Below are positions 32,291-45,899 of a stretch of 64,000 bases of DNA, piece after piece. The DNA is from the human T2T-CHM13v2.0 reference genome, Homo sapiens. The stretch lies in NCBI RefSeq assembly GCF_009914755.1, contig NC_060947.1, one strand, 5' to 3'. How positions within the stretch are numbered: position 1 is the stretch's first letter; every line of letters starts with the position of its first letter. The notes beneath the pieces were generated by a model. The model was not told the DNA's origin, did not search any database, and saw only the letters and a program-made list of their open reading frames with translations. A program made the translations under genes and the position numbers.

Positions 32291-34414
32291 CTGTAGAGGA
32301 TTCGCAGAGGCTGCCTAAGAAATTGGGAGTGCAGGGATAGAGATGATGAACCTCTGACCTCTCCTCTCTGGCTTCAAGTGCAGTAGCTCTAATTGTTTTA
32401 TTATTAGGTTTGGCTACTTTTTTTGTTTAATACCCATTTTTATTTTGAAATGATTTATAGAACAGTTGTAAAGATAATACAGAAACTTCTCATATACTTT
32501 TCACCTAGATTCACCTAATGTTAACATCTAATATAACCACAGTACGTTTGTCAAAACTAAGAGATTAACATTGGTAATATACTACTAACTAAATGATAAA
32601 CTTTATTCGGATTTCATTAATTTTTCCACTAATATCCTTTTAATGTTCCAGGATACCACAATGCATTTGGAGAAGTTTTTCTTTTGATTCTATTAACAGT
32701 TTTAAGAGCACAATGCAAAACTATCAAATTTTTATGAAGTCTGATTTATCAATTTTTTTCTTTCATGAATTGTGCTTTTGGTGTCATGTCTAAGAATTCA
32801 TTGATAAACTAAAAGTCTCTTTTTATAAAACTTTCTTGAAAACTTTTATAGTTTTACAGTTTACATTTAGATATATGACCCATTTTGTGTTAATTTTTAT
32901 ATATGGTATGAGGTTTAATAGTGGTTAATTTTTGTTGCATATGACCATCCAATTTTCCTCATACCATTTACTGAAGATACTATCCTTTATCTGTAGAACT
33001 GCTTTGGCACCTTTGTCAAAAACCAACTGGCCATACTTGTGTAGGCCAATCTCTGGATCCTATTCTTTTTCATTGATCTATGTGCCTTGATTACTGTCAC
33101 TTTATAATAATTTTAAAAATCAGATTGTTCAGTGTCCAGATCTTAGTTTCTAAATACCATTTCTTAATACAAGGAAGCCAAAAACCTGGAGAAATGGCTG
33201 ATTCTAGAGCAGGTGAACTTGTCTTATCATGCAGTGCCAGCAAGTAAACAAAAGCTAAAAAACCAAAACAAAAAAAGATGACTGTGATATCAAAAGTGTG
33301 TAGGAACCAATCTGAAAGAGGTCCCAATGTCTAAGCTAGAAAAATCTGAGTCACAAAACACATGGCAACTGTATTGGAATAGAACTCAAAAAATAAAAAG
33401 GAATCCATGAGTCCATACTGATATAAATGAACAATTTAATAAGTAAATAAATGGAGAAGAGACAGATCTTTCTTATGGAATAATTCCAAACAATAAATGT
33501 AGAAGGAATAAATGAAATAGAAAATCACTATTAGAACAGCACAGTAATAATTGCTCTAGGTAAGGTCCATGGATTAATACTAAAATTAGACGCCTAAACG
33601 TTAAGGAGAAAAAGGTTATTTGCATTGCCTCAAAGTATTTCCCCTCAAATACGCATTAGTTACTGTAGAGATTTTAACATATATCCACAAATTCTTTTAT
33701 ATTCTTCCCCGCAGGAGGTGGAGCTTAACTCTCTTCCCCTTGGGTGTGAGCTGGACTTAGTGATACACTTCTAATGAATAGAATAAGAAAAGGGGAAAAT
33801 AGTAATTTTACAGTGGAGAAACTTGACATACATCATCTTAATCAAGTGATGAAGGTTAATGTCACCAGTAAGAATTCATGTTTACATCACGTACCCTCTG
33901 ATATGATGTGATGAGAAGGGTACTTTACCTCAACAGTATTCTTCCCCAAAATCCATTATCCTAGTCCAATCATGAGACTCAATTAAACTCAAATTGAGGG
34001 GCAGTCTAAAAATTACCTGCAAGCACTCTTCAAAACCAGTTAATGAGATTCCTCCAACTTTCTTACTTTTTTTCAAAATTGCGTTAGCCATTCTAATTCA
34101 TTTGCTTTTCCTTATAGATTTTCGAATCAGCCTGTCTTATATGTACAAGAAGTTCTCCTAGGATTCTGATTAGTATTGTGTTAAATCTATATATCAATTT
34201 GCCTTTACTATGTTGGGTTTTCAAATCACGAACACAGCATGTATTTCCACTTATTTAGGTCCTCTTTGACTTTTATGATCAGTGTTTTATAGTTTTCAGC
34301 ACACAGATTCTGTACATATTTTGTGATATTTATATCTAGGCACGTCAGTGTTTTGACTGTAAATGTTTTCTTAATTTCAGTTTCAAATTCTATGTTGTTT
34401 TTATTTGTTTGCTT

Positions 34415-34790
34415 TTTTTTAAATTATACTTTAAGTTTTAGGGTACATGTGCACAATGTGCAAGTTAGTTACATATGTATACATGTGCCATGCTGGTGTG
34501 CTGCACCCAGTAACTCGTCATTTAATATTAGGTATATCTCCAAAGGCTATCCCTCCCCCCTCCCCCCACCCCACAACAGGCCCCGATGTGTGATGTTCCC
34601 TTTCCTGTGTCCATGTGTTCTCATTGTTCAATTCCCACCTATGAATGAGAACATGCGGTGTTTGGTTTTTTGTCCTTGCGATAGTTTGCTGAGAATGATG
34701 GTTTCCAGCTTCATCCATGTCCCTACAAAGGACATGAACTCATCATTTTTTATGGCTGCATAGTATTCCATGCTGTATATGTGCCACATT
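34415..34790 (-). mobile_element. L1PA 3'UTR fragment
   Basis: Near-consensus ttatactttaagttttagggtacatgtgcac... Confidence 0.93.
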
Positions 34791-34791
34791 T

Positions 34792-35073
34792 GACAGACGC
34801 TCACTTTGTCGCCCAGGCTGGAGTGCAGTGTGGCACGATCTCAGCTCATTGCAAACTCTGCTTCCCAGGTTCAAGCAATTCTCTTGCCTCAGCCTCCCAA
34901 GAAGCTAGAACTGCAGGTGCGTACCACCATACCTGGCTAATTTTTGTATTTCTAATGGAGATGGGGGTTTCACCAAGTTGGCCAGGCTGGTCTTGGACTC
35001 CTGGCCTCAAGTGATTTGCCCACCTCAGCCGCCTAAAGTGCTGGGATTATAGGCCTGAGCCACCATGCCTGGC
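34792..35073 (-). mobile_element. Diverged Alu (AluJ-like) abutting the L1PA fragment
   Basis: Reverse Alu consensus lacking its own adjacent poly-T. Confidence 0.88.
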
Positions 35074-35074
35074 C

Positions 35075-37210
35075 CCAATTATATGTTGTTAATATATAGA
35101 AATCCAATCGATTTTTGTGTGATGACCTTGTATATTGCTGCCTTGCTTAAGTTACTTGTTGGTTCTAGGAAGGTTTTTTTTGTAGATTTCTTGGGATTTT
35201 CTATGTAGACAATTATGTTGTCTGCAAATAGGGTAATTTTACTTCTTCCTTTCCAATCTGAATGCCTTATATGTCTTTTTTCTTGCCTTGTTATGCTGGC
35301 TAAGACTCCCAGCATGATGTTGAACAGATGTAGTTAGAATAGAAATCTTTGTCTTGTTTCTGATCTTTGGAGGAAAGCATTCAGTCTTTCACCATCAAAT
35401 ACAATGTTAGCTGTCGGTGTTTTGCAGATCTCTTTACAAATTGAGAAAATTTCCTTCTAGTTCTACTTCACCAAGAGTTTTTATCATGAATGGATGCTGT
35501 ATTTTGTCAAATACTTCTTCTGCATCAATTGATATTATCATATGATTTTTCTTCTTTAGACTGTTAATATCAAATATTAAATTGATTGATTATTGAATAT
35601 TGAATTCGCATTGCATTCCTGGAATAAACTTCCTATGGTTGTGCTGTATTATTCTTATTGCTAGATTCAATTTGCTAATATTTTGTTGCGGATTCTTACA
35701 TTTATGTTAGTGACAATCCTAAGAACCCCAAATATTTATGCATCTAATAACAGAGTCACAAAATACATGATGAGAAATACACGAATCTACGATTACGTCT
35801 GAGATTACAATATTTCTTTCTCAATAATTGATAGAACATGTTGGCAGAAAATCAGCAAGGATACAATAGACAATAATCTGAAAGACACAAACCACCAAGC
35901 CTCACTCAGGAAGAAATAGATAAGCTGAATAACTCTGTATCTGAATAACCCTTTAAAGAAATTGAAATTGTAGCTTAAAAATGTTTCCAAGAAGAAAACT
36001 CCAAGCCTAGATGGCATCACTGAAGTATTCTACCAAATATTTAAGGAAGAAGTAATACCAATTCTATGCAAAATCTTCCAAAATATTGAGGAGGAAAGAA
36101 TGCTTCCCTACTCATTCTATGAGGCCAGAATTTCTTAATTCCAAAATTGGACAAAGATATTAATAGAAAAGGAAAATATAAATCAACATCCATCATAAAT
36201 ATACATGCAAAAATTCTAAACAATATTTTAACAAATTAAATCCAGCAATGCATTAAAAGAATAATACATCATGACTGAATGGAATTTATTTCAGGAATGC
36301 AGGCTGGTTTAATACTTGAAAATGAATCAATAAAATTCACCTTATTAACAGCTAAAAAAGAAAAAAAATATGATTATTTTAATAGATGCAGAATGTTGAA
36401 AACTTTTGCCCTATGATCAGGAACAAGACAGAGATTTCCACTTTCCCCACTTGTGTTCAACATTGTAGTGGAGGTTCTAGGTAGTGTAGTCATGGAACGA
36501 AAGTAAGTAAAATGCATGCAGATTAGGAATAAAGTAAAATCGTCTATTCACAAATAACACAATTGTTTACGTAGAAAACATGATAGAATCTAATTAAACC
36601 AATGAAAATCTACTAAAACCAACAAGTGAGTTTAGCAAAATTGCAGGATACAAGCTCAATATAAAGAATAAGTTGTATTTCTGTCTACTAGCAACAAACA
36701 ATAAAATGGAAATAAAAACAATACCATTTACAATATCATAAAACATGAAAAACATAAGGGATAAACCTGACAAAATATATGAAAAATCTATACATTGAAA
36801 ACTACAAAATATTTCTGAGAGAAACTAAGACCTGCATAATTGAAAAAACACAAAAAAAGAAAAAAAAAGACCTACATAAATGAAGAGATATATCTTGTTC
36901 ACGGGTCTGAAGACTCAATATTGTTAAGATGTCAATTCTCCCCAAATTGATCTATAAATTTGGTGCATTCTCAATCAAAATTACTGAAGGTTTTTTGGGG
37001 GGTAGAAATTGACAAGCTGATTCCATAATTCATATGGAAATGCAAAAGACCAAGATTAGTCAAAGTAGGATTTCAAGAGTTACTACAAAACTATGTCACA
37101 GTAGTGTGACATTGGCATAAAGATAAACAAATAGATTAGCACAGCACAGAGAGTCCAAAAATAAACTCACACCTATACAAACAACTGATTTTTGGCAAAG
37201 GTATACAGGT
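35075..37210. mobile_element. Old L1M ORF2 remnants (- strand to ~35712, then + strand)
   Basis: ORF 35079..35315 resembles L1 RT (LFADNIIVYIENPK); + strand RT remnants 35900-37200. Confidence 0.8.
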
Positions 37211-39919
37211 AGAGACATAACAACCAGCAAAGGCCAGCATGACCAACGTACCCTCACTAATTACCTGTGAAGGGATACATGCATAAGAGGAGGCTTGCCC
37301 AAGAGAAAGAAGTCCAAAGCCAGATGAGCTTTCTAGCACAAGTGAGAGGCCTGCACACCATCAGTGAAGACTGAAGTGACAAGCACAACTATGAAATGGG
37401 GCTCAGTTGGCACAGAAAGGTGAACCTGGTGGTTTCTATATAAGGAGACTGGGAAACAAGGGCTTCTCCTTCCGATGGTGGAGCTGTCAAGGACAGAATC
37501 TTCCTTCCTCTCCAGTTGCTTCAGGTGAACTACTCGGAAATGCTGACGCTAAGTAATAGCTATCTGAATAGATATGAGCATGTGTGCAGCAACTGAATGG
37601 GCATGAGTAGTATTTGAAGGAGTTCACAGGTAGTTGGAGTAACAGTTTAAAATAACATACTTTGTCAATCCATGTCAAGATTTCCAGGAACTCTCCTTTG
37701 CAATCATGAAAATTGCCTTTATGTTTACCAGTCAGTGTTTAGAAAAATCATCTCACAAAATATTTATATTCATAATATTTATATTCATGCCCTTATTGTG
37801 GCATACAGTAGGTCAAAGGACACCAGAGAAAAGATCCTCCTCTGACCCACAGCCTCGGTCTCCAGCTCCAGTGGCCTCTGCAGTTTGCAAGCATGCTTCC
37901 AAGACTTAGCACATGATGTTTCTTCTGCCAGTCCTGCATTCTGCACATGTGGGCACCTACACCATATCACCTCTCATGGATGGTGCTCATGGGGTTACTA
38001 AGCTTCTCCTTGAGCTGAGGGATTCAAAGGAACTACTGGATCCATAGGGTAGCACAAGGTGAAGAAGCATACATGTTTATGTTTATGATTCAGGCTTAAA
38101 CCAGAATCGGAAAGATACAGATTTAATTCCAGGCATAACTTGCCAGAGGGTGTGACATTAGACAAGTTGTACATACTCTCAAGCCCCTATTTCTTCATGT
38201 AGGAATTTTTTTCATGAAGAAATGTTTAAGGAAGTGGACTGAAAATGGTTCATGAGGATGTTTGCTGCAGCATGAATGATCATCTAAAATGATAAATATA
38301 TGGAAACACATGCACTAAAATGACAAATAGAAGATAGGTTTTTAATGAATGCTGGAACTCCAGAGTTATTTCTTGATTCTCCTCTTTCTGATTTTGTGGA
38401 TTGTTTATGAGCATGAATTACTTGAATAACAATGTTCAAACGTATTATTTATCAAAAGTGCAAATTCAAATAGTAGTGTGGTGTTTCCTCCCATCAAATA
38501 GCAGAAAACAGTAGAATTAGTCAATTTTTAGTGATTGGATTATTTGTAAGGAGCAGATATCACCTGTGACATAAAATGAATACAATGAAAGTGACATCTA
38601 TAATCATCACAATGATACAAACAAGGGCTTGGGATCACCTACATCGTTGATCAGAGTGCTTGCTTTGCACTAATGTTGCCTGAGGATGAGGTTCTCTGGG
38701 AAGGCTCATGGTGCTGGGCAAATCGGGATTTCTTTTTCAGTTCAGATCTAAGCTCTCACACAGAAAGGACCTTACCTGTCCTCTCACTCCTTCACAGCAT
38801 CCTAGAGAAACTTGATCCTATGCAGAGAACACAGCAGCTGCCAACCGACAGGCACCAAGGTCAGGGAGGCAGCAGGCTGCAGATAGCCTTTCCAAGTGAT
38901 AATAGGAAACACCTGAGAGCTAATGAAAGCACTTTACCTGAGGAGAAACAGGAGGCTGAGACTAGAGCCCACAGTTTATACTGATTGCAGAGTGTGAGAT
39001 CTCAGTCTCTCAATAAATCTTTATTTAATCTACATAAAGATCTGAGTAGTAGGAGCAGCTCCTGCTTAGATATAAAAAGTGGTTATCCCTGATTGGTGAT
39101 ATCAAGGAAGAATTATATATTCTTCACACTTGGCTCTGTATTGACTCTACATCTTATCTGTAGGAGAGAGGGAGAGAAGGAGAGGGAGATCTGGCAATTC
39201 TACTTCTGCCATGGGGGATCTTTCTAACTCTCAAAGAATGTGCGCTTCTTTAAGGGTAACCTGCAGAGTCTGAGAACGGTCCAGGTCCAGGCATGCACGG
39301 ACAGAAAGGATATTTTTCCCCCAGGGGTTTAGCGGGGGCAGGAGGGGGTGGACAGGGATGTGCAGGGCAAGCTCCTTTCTGTCTTGCAGGCACCCATCTA
39401 ACTTTTGCCCAAAGCAGTAACAGTGGGCTTCTGTCCCCCTACCCCCAACCCCCCACACCTTCTCTGACAGCAGAGGATCAGACCACCTAGGTGATGGTGA
39501 AGCTCTTTGACGTGCACCAGGTGCAGGAGACCTATGACCCCTAGCACTGCCTTTTATCTGCTGGGTTCCCCTTGGAGAACCATATATCTTTGGAGCCCCA
39601 GAACATGCTGGTTGCACAAGAACAAAGCACACTTACTGTCTGAGAGGAAGGCTGGTGGTGTGGTAGCACTATTGAACCTCTCTTTTCTTTTGAGATCATA
39701 TTGTACATACACAGTGCTACATAACTGGATGTTTCAAGTTAATAACTTAAAATGAACAGCACCACTATTACAGGAAATATTATTCAGCACTGGTTTTGGT
39801 AGTCACCCATATTTCATTTTCAAGTGTGCCATAATTTACTTATATAGCAAGTCCATGACCATGCTATTATAAATTAAGCTGTTTTGGAAGTCCCATGTAT
39901 CCAAATTTTTGTTCACATG

Positions 39920-40874
<955 letters not shown>

Positions 40875-41029
40875 TGAGAACCTAAGCTTTCACGCATCTC
40901 TGGGAAGACTGAATACCCTCTTAAGGGCCACTGAGGTAGCAGCACTGAGAAAAAATTAAAGGGTAAATTTGCAGGTGAAATGCAGAGCTGGGAACATTCC
41001 TAGATCCAGAAGGACAGAACATTTTGCAG

Positions 41030-41215
41030 GAGGGGCCAGAAGCCAGAAACAAGCCCTTCTCAGCACCGAGCAGGTCCTTCCTCCAGGTGGCACAGAGCCT
41101 CTAGGAGGCGGGAGAGGGCTGGAAAGACAACCCACGTGACACACCCCCGAGGTTTGGGATTGGCTGGTGGGGTTGACACTGCTGAGGTCTAAACAAGGAG
41201 GCAGAAGTAGGTAGG
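41030..41215 (+). promoter_or_regulatory. PAGE4: Probable PAGE4 promoter region, with E-box CACGTG at 41133-41138
   Basis: Local GC/CpG rise immediately upstream of the first non-coding exon; TSS not determinable. Confidence 0.5.
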
Positions 41216-41265
41216 TGCCACTTCTCTTCCCTTCATTCTTCGCCAGGCTCTCTGCTGACTCAAGT
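41215..41265 (+). other. PAGE4: PAGE4 non-coding exon 1 (start approximate)
   Basis: Ends ...gctgactcaagt followed by strong donor GTAAGT at 41266; agrees with recalled PAGE4 5'UTR. Confidence 0.7.
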
Positions 41266-41629
41266 GTAAGTGAGAACAGGTGTGAGTGAGTGGGCCGGCG
41301 GGCTTCTGGTGGGTCGGGCACTGTGGTCCCTGGCCTCAGAGAAGGAAGGGCCTCGAGGTCATCATCCTTCTCCTAGCAGGCAGCTATGCGGCGGGGCAGG
41401 GACAGGGGAGGAAGGAGGGCCATGAAGGGGAGGAGGGTCAGCCAAGGTGCTGTGAGTTTTGGAGCGGGACACTATCTGAGTCCTGGAGGCATATGAAACT
41501 GTCCATAAAGGACGGATGCTGGGGTCCTCAGTGGGGGCCAGGGAAAGGGTGGGACAGCCCGCGCTTGACAGCGCCTGCCTCAGTGCTCGTGTTCACTGGG
41601 GGTCTTCCCATCAGCCCCTTCACCCACGA

Positions 41630-41710
41630 GGTGAACTGCCGCGGAGCTGTGAGGGTGCCGTTTGCATTCCAATTGTCGGGACTCTTTCACCTGAGACTGA
41701 GACTCAGTGG
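41630..41710 (+). other. PAGE4: Candidate alternative first exon, GAGE/PAGE-type
   Basis: gagctgtgagg...ggactctttc...actgagactca resembles GAGE-family exon 1; donor GTGGGT near 41710. Confidence 0.5.
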
Positions 41711-42342
41711 GTGGGTCCACCGATCGTTCCTCCATGGGAGTTTAAGTGTGAAGAGGAGCTGGTGGGCTTCAGGAGGGTCGGGCAGCACAGTCCGTGGCCT
41801 CGGAGGAGGAAGGGCCTCACAGGTGGTGGCGCCGCCATGACCTTGTGGTTGTGGCAGGGCTGGGGCGAGGGAGGAAGTTGGGCCACGGAGGGGAGAGGGA
41901 TCAGATGGAGCAAAACTTGGGGGGTACTTTTTGAGGTATCTTTGAGTCCCAGAGGCACCTGAAACTGCCGAAAGAGGACAGGTTTCGGAGTTCTCAGTGG
42001 GGACCTGGGGAGGAGGGGACCTGGGGTGGCTGTATATTAAAAAATCTCTTCATAATGGAGTTTAGTTATGAAATTAAGTCTCTTTAGGAAAGACCCCATG
42101 TTTTGATCTAGGACTTGAAGATCACTTCTCTGCCGAGCTGGCTGTGGAAGAAACAAAGCAGTTTGCAGATAGATTTATTTGATGTGATTGGAAACCAGGC
42201 GTAGTTATTATTAACTCAGGACCTATTATGGAAATCTCACAAAATTAAAAAAAATTACAATCAGCAGATGGCCATGGAAAGAGTCAAGTATAATTACTCC
42301 TTTTTATTGCAGTCTTCAGTTCACGATCTTCTAGTTGCAGCG

Positions 42343-42420
42343 ATGAGTGCACGAGTGAGATCAAGATCCAGAGGAAGAGGAGATGGTCAGGAGGCTCCCG
42401 ATGTGGTTGCATTCGTGGCT
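42343..42420 (+). CDS. PAGE4: PAGE4 first coding exon (exon starts at 42313)
   Basis: Acceptor ttttattgcag at 42312, ATG 42343, donor GTGAGT 42421. Confidence 0.95.
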
Positions 42421-45400
42421 GTGAGTACATTTCAGTATCTTATTTCCATTGGCAGAAATGTATTTTTCTGAAAGAAAATCTAAAACATTGTTAACCAATA
42501 TAGATCTGTTATATAAAGGACTTCCCTGCTGAAAATAGTTGCAAACTAAATCACATTAATGAGACATTGAGCAAGGAGACTTATTTTCTGATATTGTCTG
42601 CATATGTATGTTTTTAAGAGTCTGGAAATAGTCTTATGACTTTCCTATCATGCTTATTAATAAATAATACAGCCCAGAGAAGATGAAAATGGGTTCCAGA
42701 ATTATTGGTCCTTGCAGGTAACTCCTTAAAGTATATTCTATATAGGAAGAATAACTTTTCTTAAGAGTACTTACAGAGAAGATAGGAAAAACCTCTTCAG
42801 ATTTATTTGTGACTAGCTACCTTCACATAGTATGTATATTTGTGACTTCTATTGCCATGATATTAATAACAATATTCTATTTGCATCTACTCTCCCCCAC
42901 CTCTCAAAAGCCCGGTGAATCTCAGCAAGAGGAACCACCAACTGACAATCAGGATATTGAACCTGGACAAGAGAGAGAAGGAACACCTCCGATCGAAGGT
43001 GAGAAGGGCATGGAGGAGCATTTTGTGTTTCATGTATGATTTTATACTAGTAACAGGAATAAATAAACCATCCCCTAAAAATTGGCTGGAAACCTGTAAA
43101 GTAATCCTTGGTAAGGGAATAGTGTAGTTTTCAGCTGCTGTAGTCCTTGTGATAAATTTTCTCTTCAGCATTTTACTTATCTTATATCTTAAGAGTTCTT
43201 TGGCATACTTGGAAAATACAATCCTTGCCAAGACTCTATATTAGCAAACAAAAGGAAACTACATTAAATTTAGACAAAATTGTAAACTGTTTCATGAGTT
43301 AAACTTGGTTTTATTGGGATATTATTTTTCTGGGCATAAGTCATTGCATTAAAAGTTTGAGCAAACCATATATTATGGTTAGATCTTACATAGCAATTTT
43401 TAGAAAATGTCATAATTCAGAGAAATAAAAATGTGAAATCCTTTTAGTTACCGTTAAAAGTCTTCAATACTTTTGTCTTTCTGAACCATAATCTGTTTGT
43501 CATATATTTATTTTTTAACTTTTTACTTAGAAAGGACTTAAAATGTAAGGAAAAGTTATCCAAGTACAGTGAACTCCTGTGTATTCTTCACCTTGATTCA
43601 CTGATTGCTATAACATTTTGCCATTTATCTCCCTGTTTTTACCATATTAATATATTATTGCTGAACCACTTGAGAGTTTCAAATATCACAACTGTTTACT
43701 CTGTAAGTAATTCAGTATGTATCTGCTAAAAATATGGATAATCTCTTAAATAACCTCAGAACAGTTATCAAATTCAGGAAAATTAGCATTGAGAAAACAT
43801 CTAATATATAGTCCATTGCAGTTTTGTCAATTGGCCTAGGAATGTCTTTTATAGGATTTTTTTCCTGATCCAGGATCTAATTCAAGACTACTCATTGCAT
43901 TTAGTTGCCATATCTCTCTGGTCTTCTTTAATCTGGAAGTGTTCCTCAGTCTTTCTTTGCATATCATGACATTGACAACTAGAATCCAAACCAATTGTTT
44001 TGTGAAATGTTCTTTAATTTGGGTTTGTCTTATGTTAATATTTTTACAGACATTTTTTTCATTCATTTACTGGGGCTTGCTAGGTGCCGGGTAATGTACT
44101 AAGTGCTGAGGATATAAATGAGATAATGATTTCTGCCTTGAGCTCACAATCTAATCAGGGAAATTCATGTAAACAAATAACTGCTGTAATGAGTGATTTA
44201 CAGTAACAGAAGTATATGTAGATTGTGAAAGTGACAACTAAGTTGTCTTAAACAGTCGTAGGAAAAGAAAACTTCATAGTAGAGATAATATTCTTCCCCA
44301 TTTTCTAGTAGAAAATTCCAATGCCCATTGCACTCATGCATCACATTTGTTAGAATACAAGCCTACAGAGCTTTATTTAATAACACTAATTTATAATTTA
44401 CTGCTTACTTATATCAATAACTTTTTTATTTATATAAGAACGTAAAGTAGAAGGTGATTGCCAGGAAATGGATCTGGAAAAGACTCGGAGTGAGCGTGGA
44501 GATGGCTCTGATGTAAAAGAGAAGACTCCACCTAATCCTAAGCATGCTAAGACTAAAGAAGCAGGTACGTTATTCATTCGGAATGGAAGTCATGGGGTTA
44601 CTCTTTTTCTATAATATACTTTAATAACAAGTCTCGCATACAAATATTATTTGAAAGGTAGTTCAGACACCAAATACTTGATTCAAAGACAGTGTCAGGG
44701 GAAAAATGAATTAGGTCAAAGCCATGTTGTTGAATTATAAAATATGAAAGTATTATTACTTTGGAGTAGAAATCTTCCAAAACTCAAGGCAAGTGATCAA
44801 ATACTTTTAAAAGTATATACATTACTTAACATACCCCAGGGGCAATTGGGTATCTAAATGACACATAGTGTTCCTTTAAGAAAAAAATTTGCTAGAATTG
44901 TTTATCACAAATCGCTTTTAGGCACTAACAAGTAAGATAGATCTGTATGTTTTGAATTTTCCAAGTTGGTTTGTTGATTTTTTAAAAAACTGTGAGCTAG
45001 ACTGAGAAACAGTAGCAGTTTCCCTCACATTTTAATGTCATCTATATGGTAGTGGCTTAAATAAACCAATAAGACCATGTATATATTTTTTAACGTGCAT
45101 ATCTGGCCTCCAACCATGTAATTTTTATCATCTAAATCAGGACACTTTTGAGAGGGAAAGGGAATGCTATGAATACAACATCAGGTTAACAGGTGCCAAT
45201 GAGACAAATGGCCACCCTGGTATAAAGAATCCACATAAAGATTTAACTAGATCAATGAATTATTTTTGCACTTTTGCTCAAAGAGACAAACCAAATGGAA
45301 TGGCATTCTTTGACCTCTCTTTAGTCAGCTAAACAATTCCTTAGCTAATATATAATTAGCAGAAAGTTTTTAGTCAATACATTTGAGTGACACTGTGTTT

Positions 45401-45776
45401 GCTTGCTTGTTTTTTGCTTCTTGGACTTTTTGTTTGATTAAAAAATCAAAACAAAACAAAACTGAAATCAGTGGCTGTTTTTGCCCTCTACTTAAAATGA
45501 TCTTTAAATGGGCTCATAGCATTTAATCTGTTCTGGCTTGAGAAGTCTTTGTTTCCTTGTACCACTAGAGTGAGGCATTTTAAAAATTAGTACACATATG
45601 CCTGAAAATGTACATTAGCATAGAAGTCTATGCAGTGGTTAGCGTTCTGGTTTTAATTTCATCTTAAGAAACCAAAACTAGTGTTCTTTGTGTGCTTTTA
45701 GTGTCATCTCAGTAAAGTTCTGCTAAGTAATGAACTCAACTGTTATGTTTATATTTTAGGAGATGGGCAGCCATAA
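42343..45776 (+). CDS. PAGE4: P antigen family member 4 (GAGE superfamily, disordered cancer/testis antigen), spliced CDS join(42343-42420,42911-42998,44439-44564,45760-45776), 102 aa
   Basis: 78+88+126+17=309 nt with GT-AG introns; MSARVRSRSRGRGDGQEAPDVVAFVAPGESQQEEPPTDNQDIEPGQEREGTPPIEERKVEGDCQEMDLEKTRSERGDGSDVKEKTPPNPKHAKTKEAGDGQP*. Confidence 0.97.
42911..42998 (+). CDS. PAGE4: PAGE4 second coding exon
   Basis: PGESQQEEPPT...PPIE; AG 42909-10, GT 42999. Confidence 0.95.
44439..44564 (+). CDS. PAGE4: PAGE4 third coding exon
   Basis: ERKVEGDCQEMDLEKTRSERGDGSDVKEK...; AG 44437-38, GTACGT 44565. Confidence 0.95.
45760..45776 (+). CDS. PAGE4: PAGE4 last coding exon segment
   Basis: tattttag acceptor then ga gat ggg cag cca taa. 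Confidence 0.93.
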
Positions 45777-45856
45777 GTTAAAAAGAAGACAAGCTGAAGC
45801 TACACACATGGCTGATGTCACATTGAAAATGTGACTGAAAATTTGAAAATTCTCTC

Positions 45857-45862
45857 AATAAA
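45857..45862 (+). terminator. PAGE4: PAGE4 polyadenylation signal AATAAA
   Basis: 80 nt after the stop, followed by GT/T-rich sequence. Confidence 0.85.
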
Positions 45863-45899
45863 GTTTGAGTTTTCTCTGAAGAAGTCATGCGTGTCTTTT

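Noticed and set aside
41286-41962. 184-aa and 148-aa ORFs at the PAGE4 5' end
   Set aside because: GC-rich intron 1 with non-ATG starts and no recognisable protein
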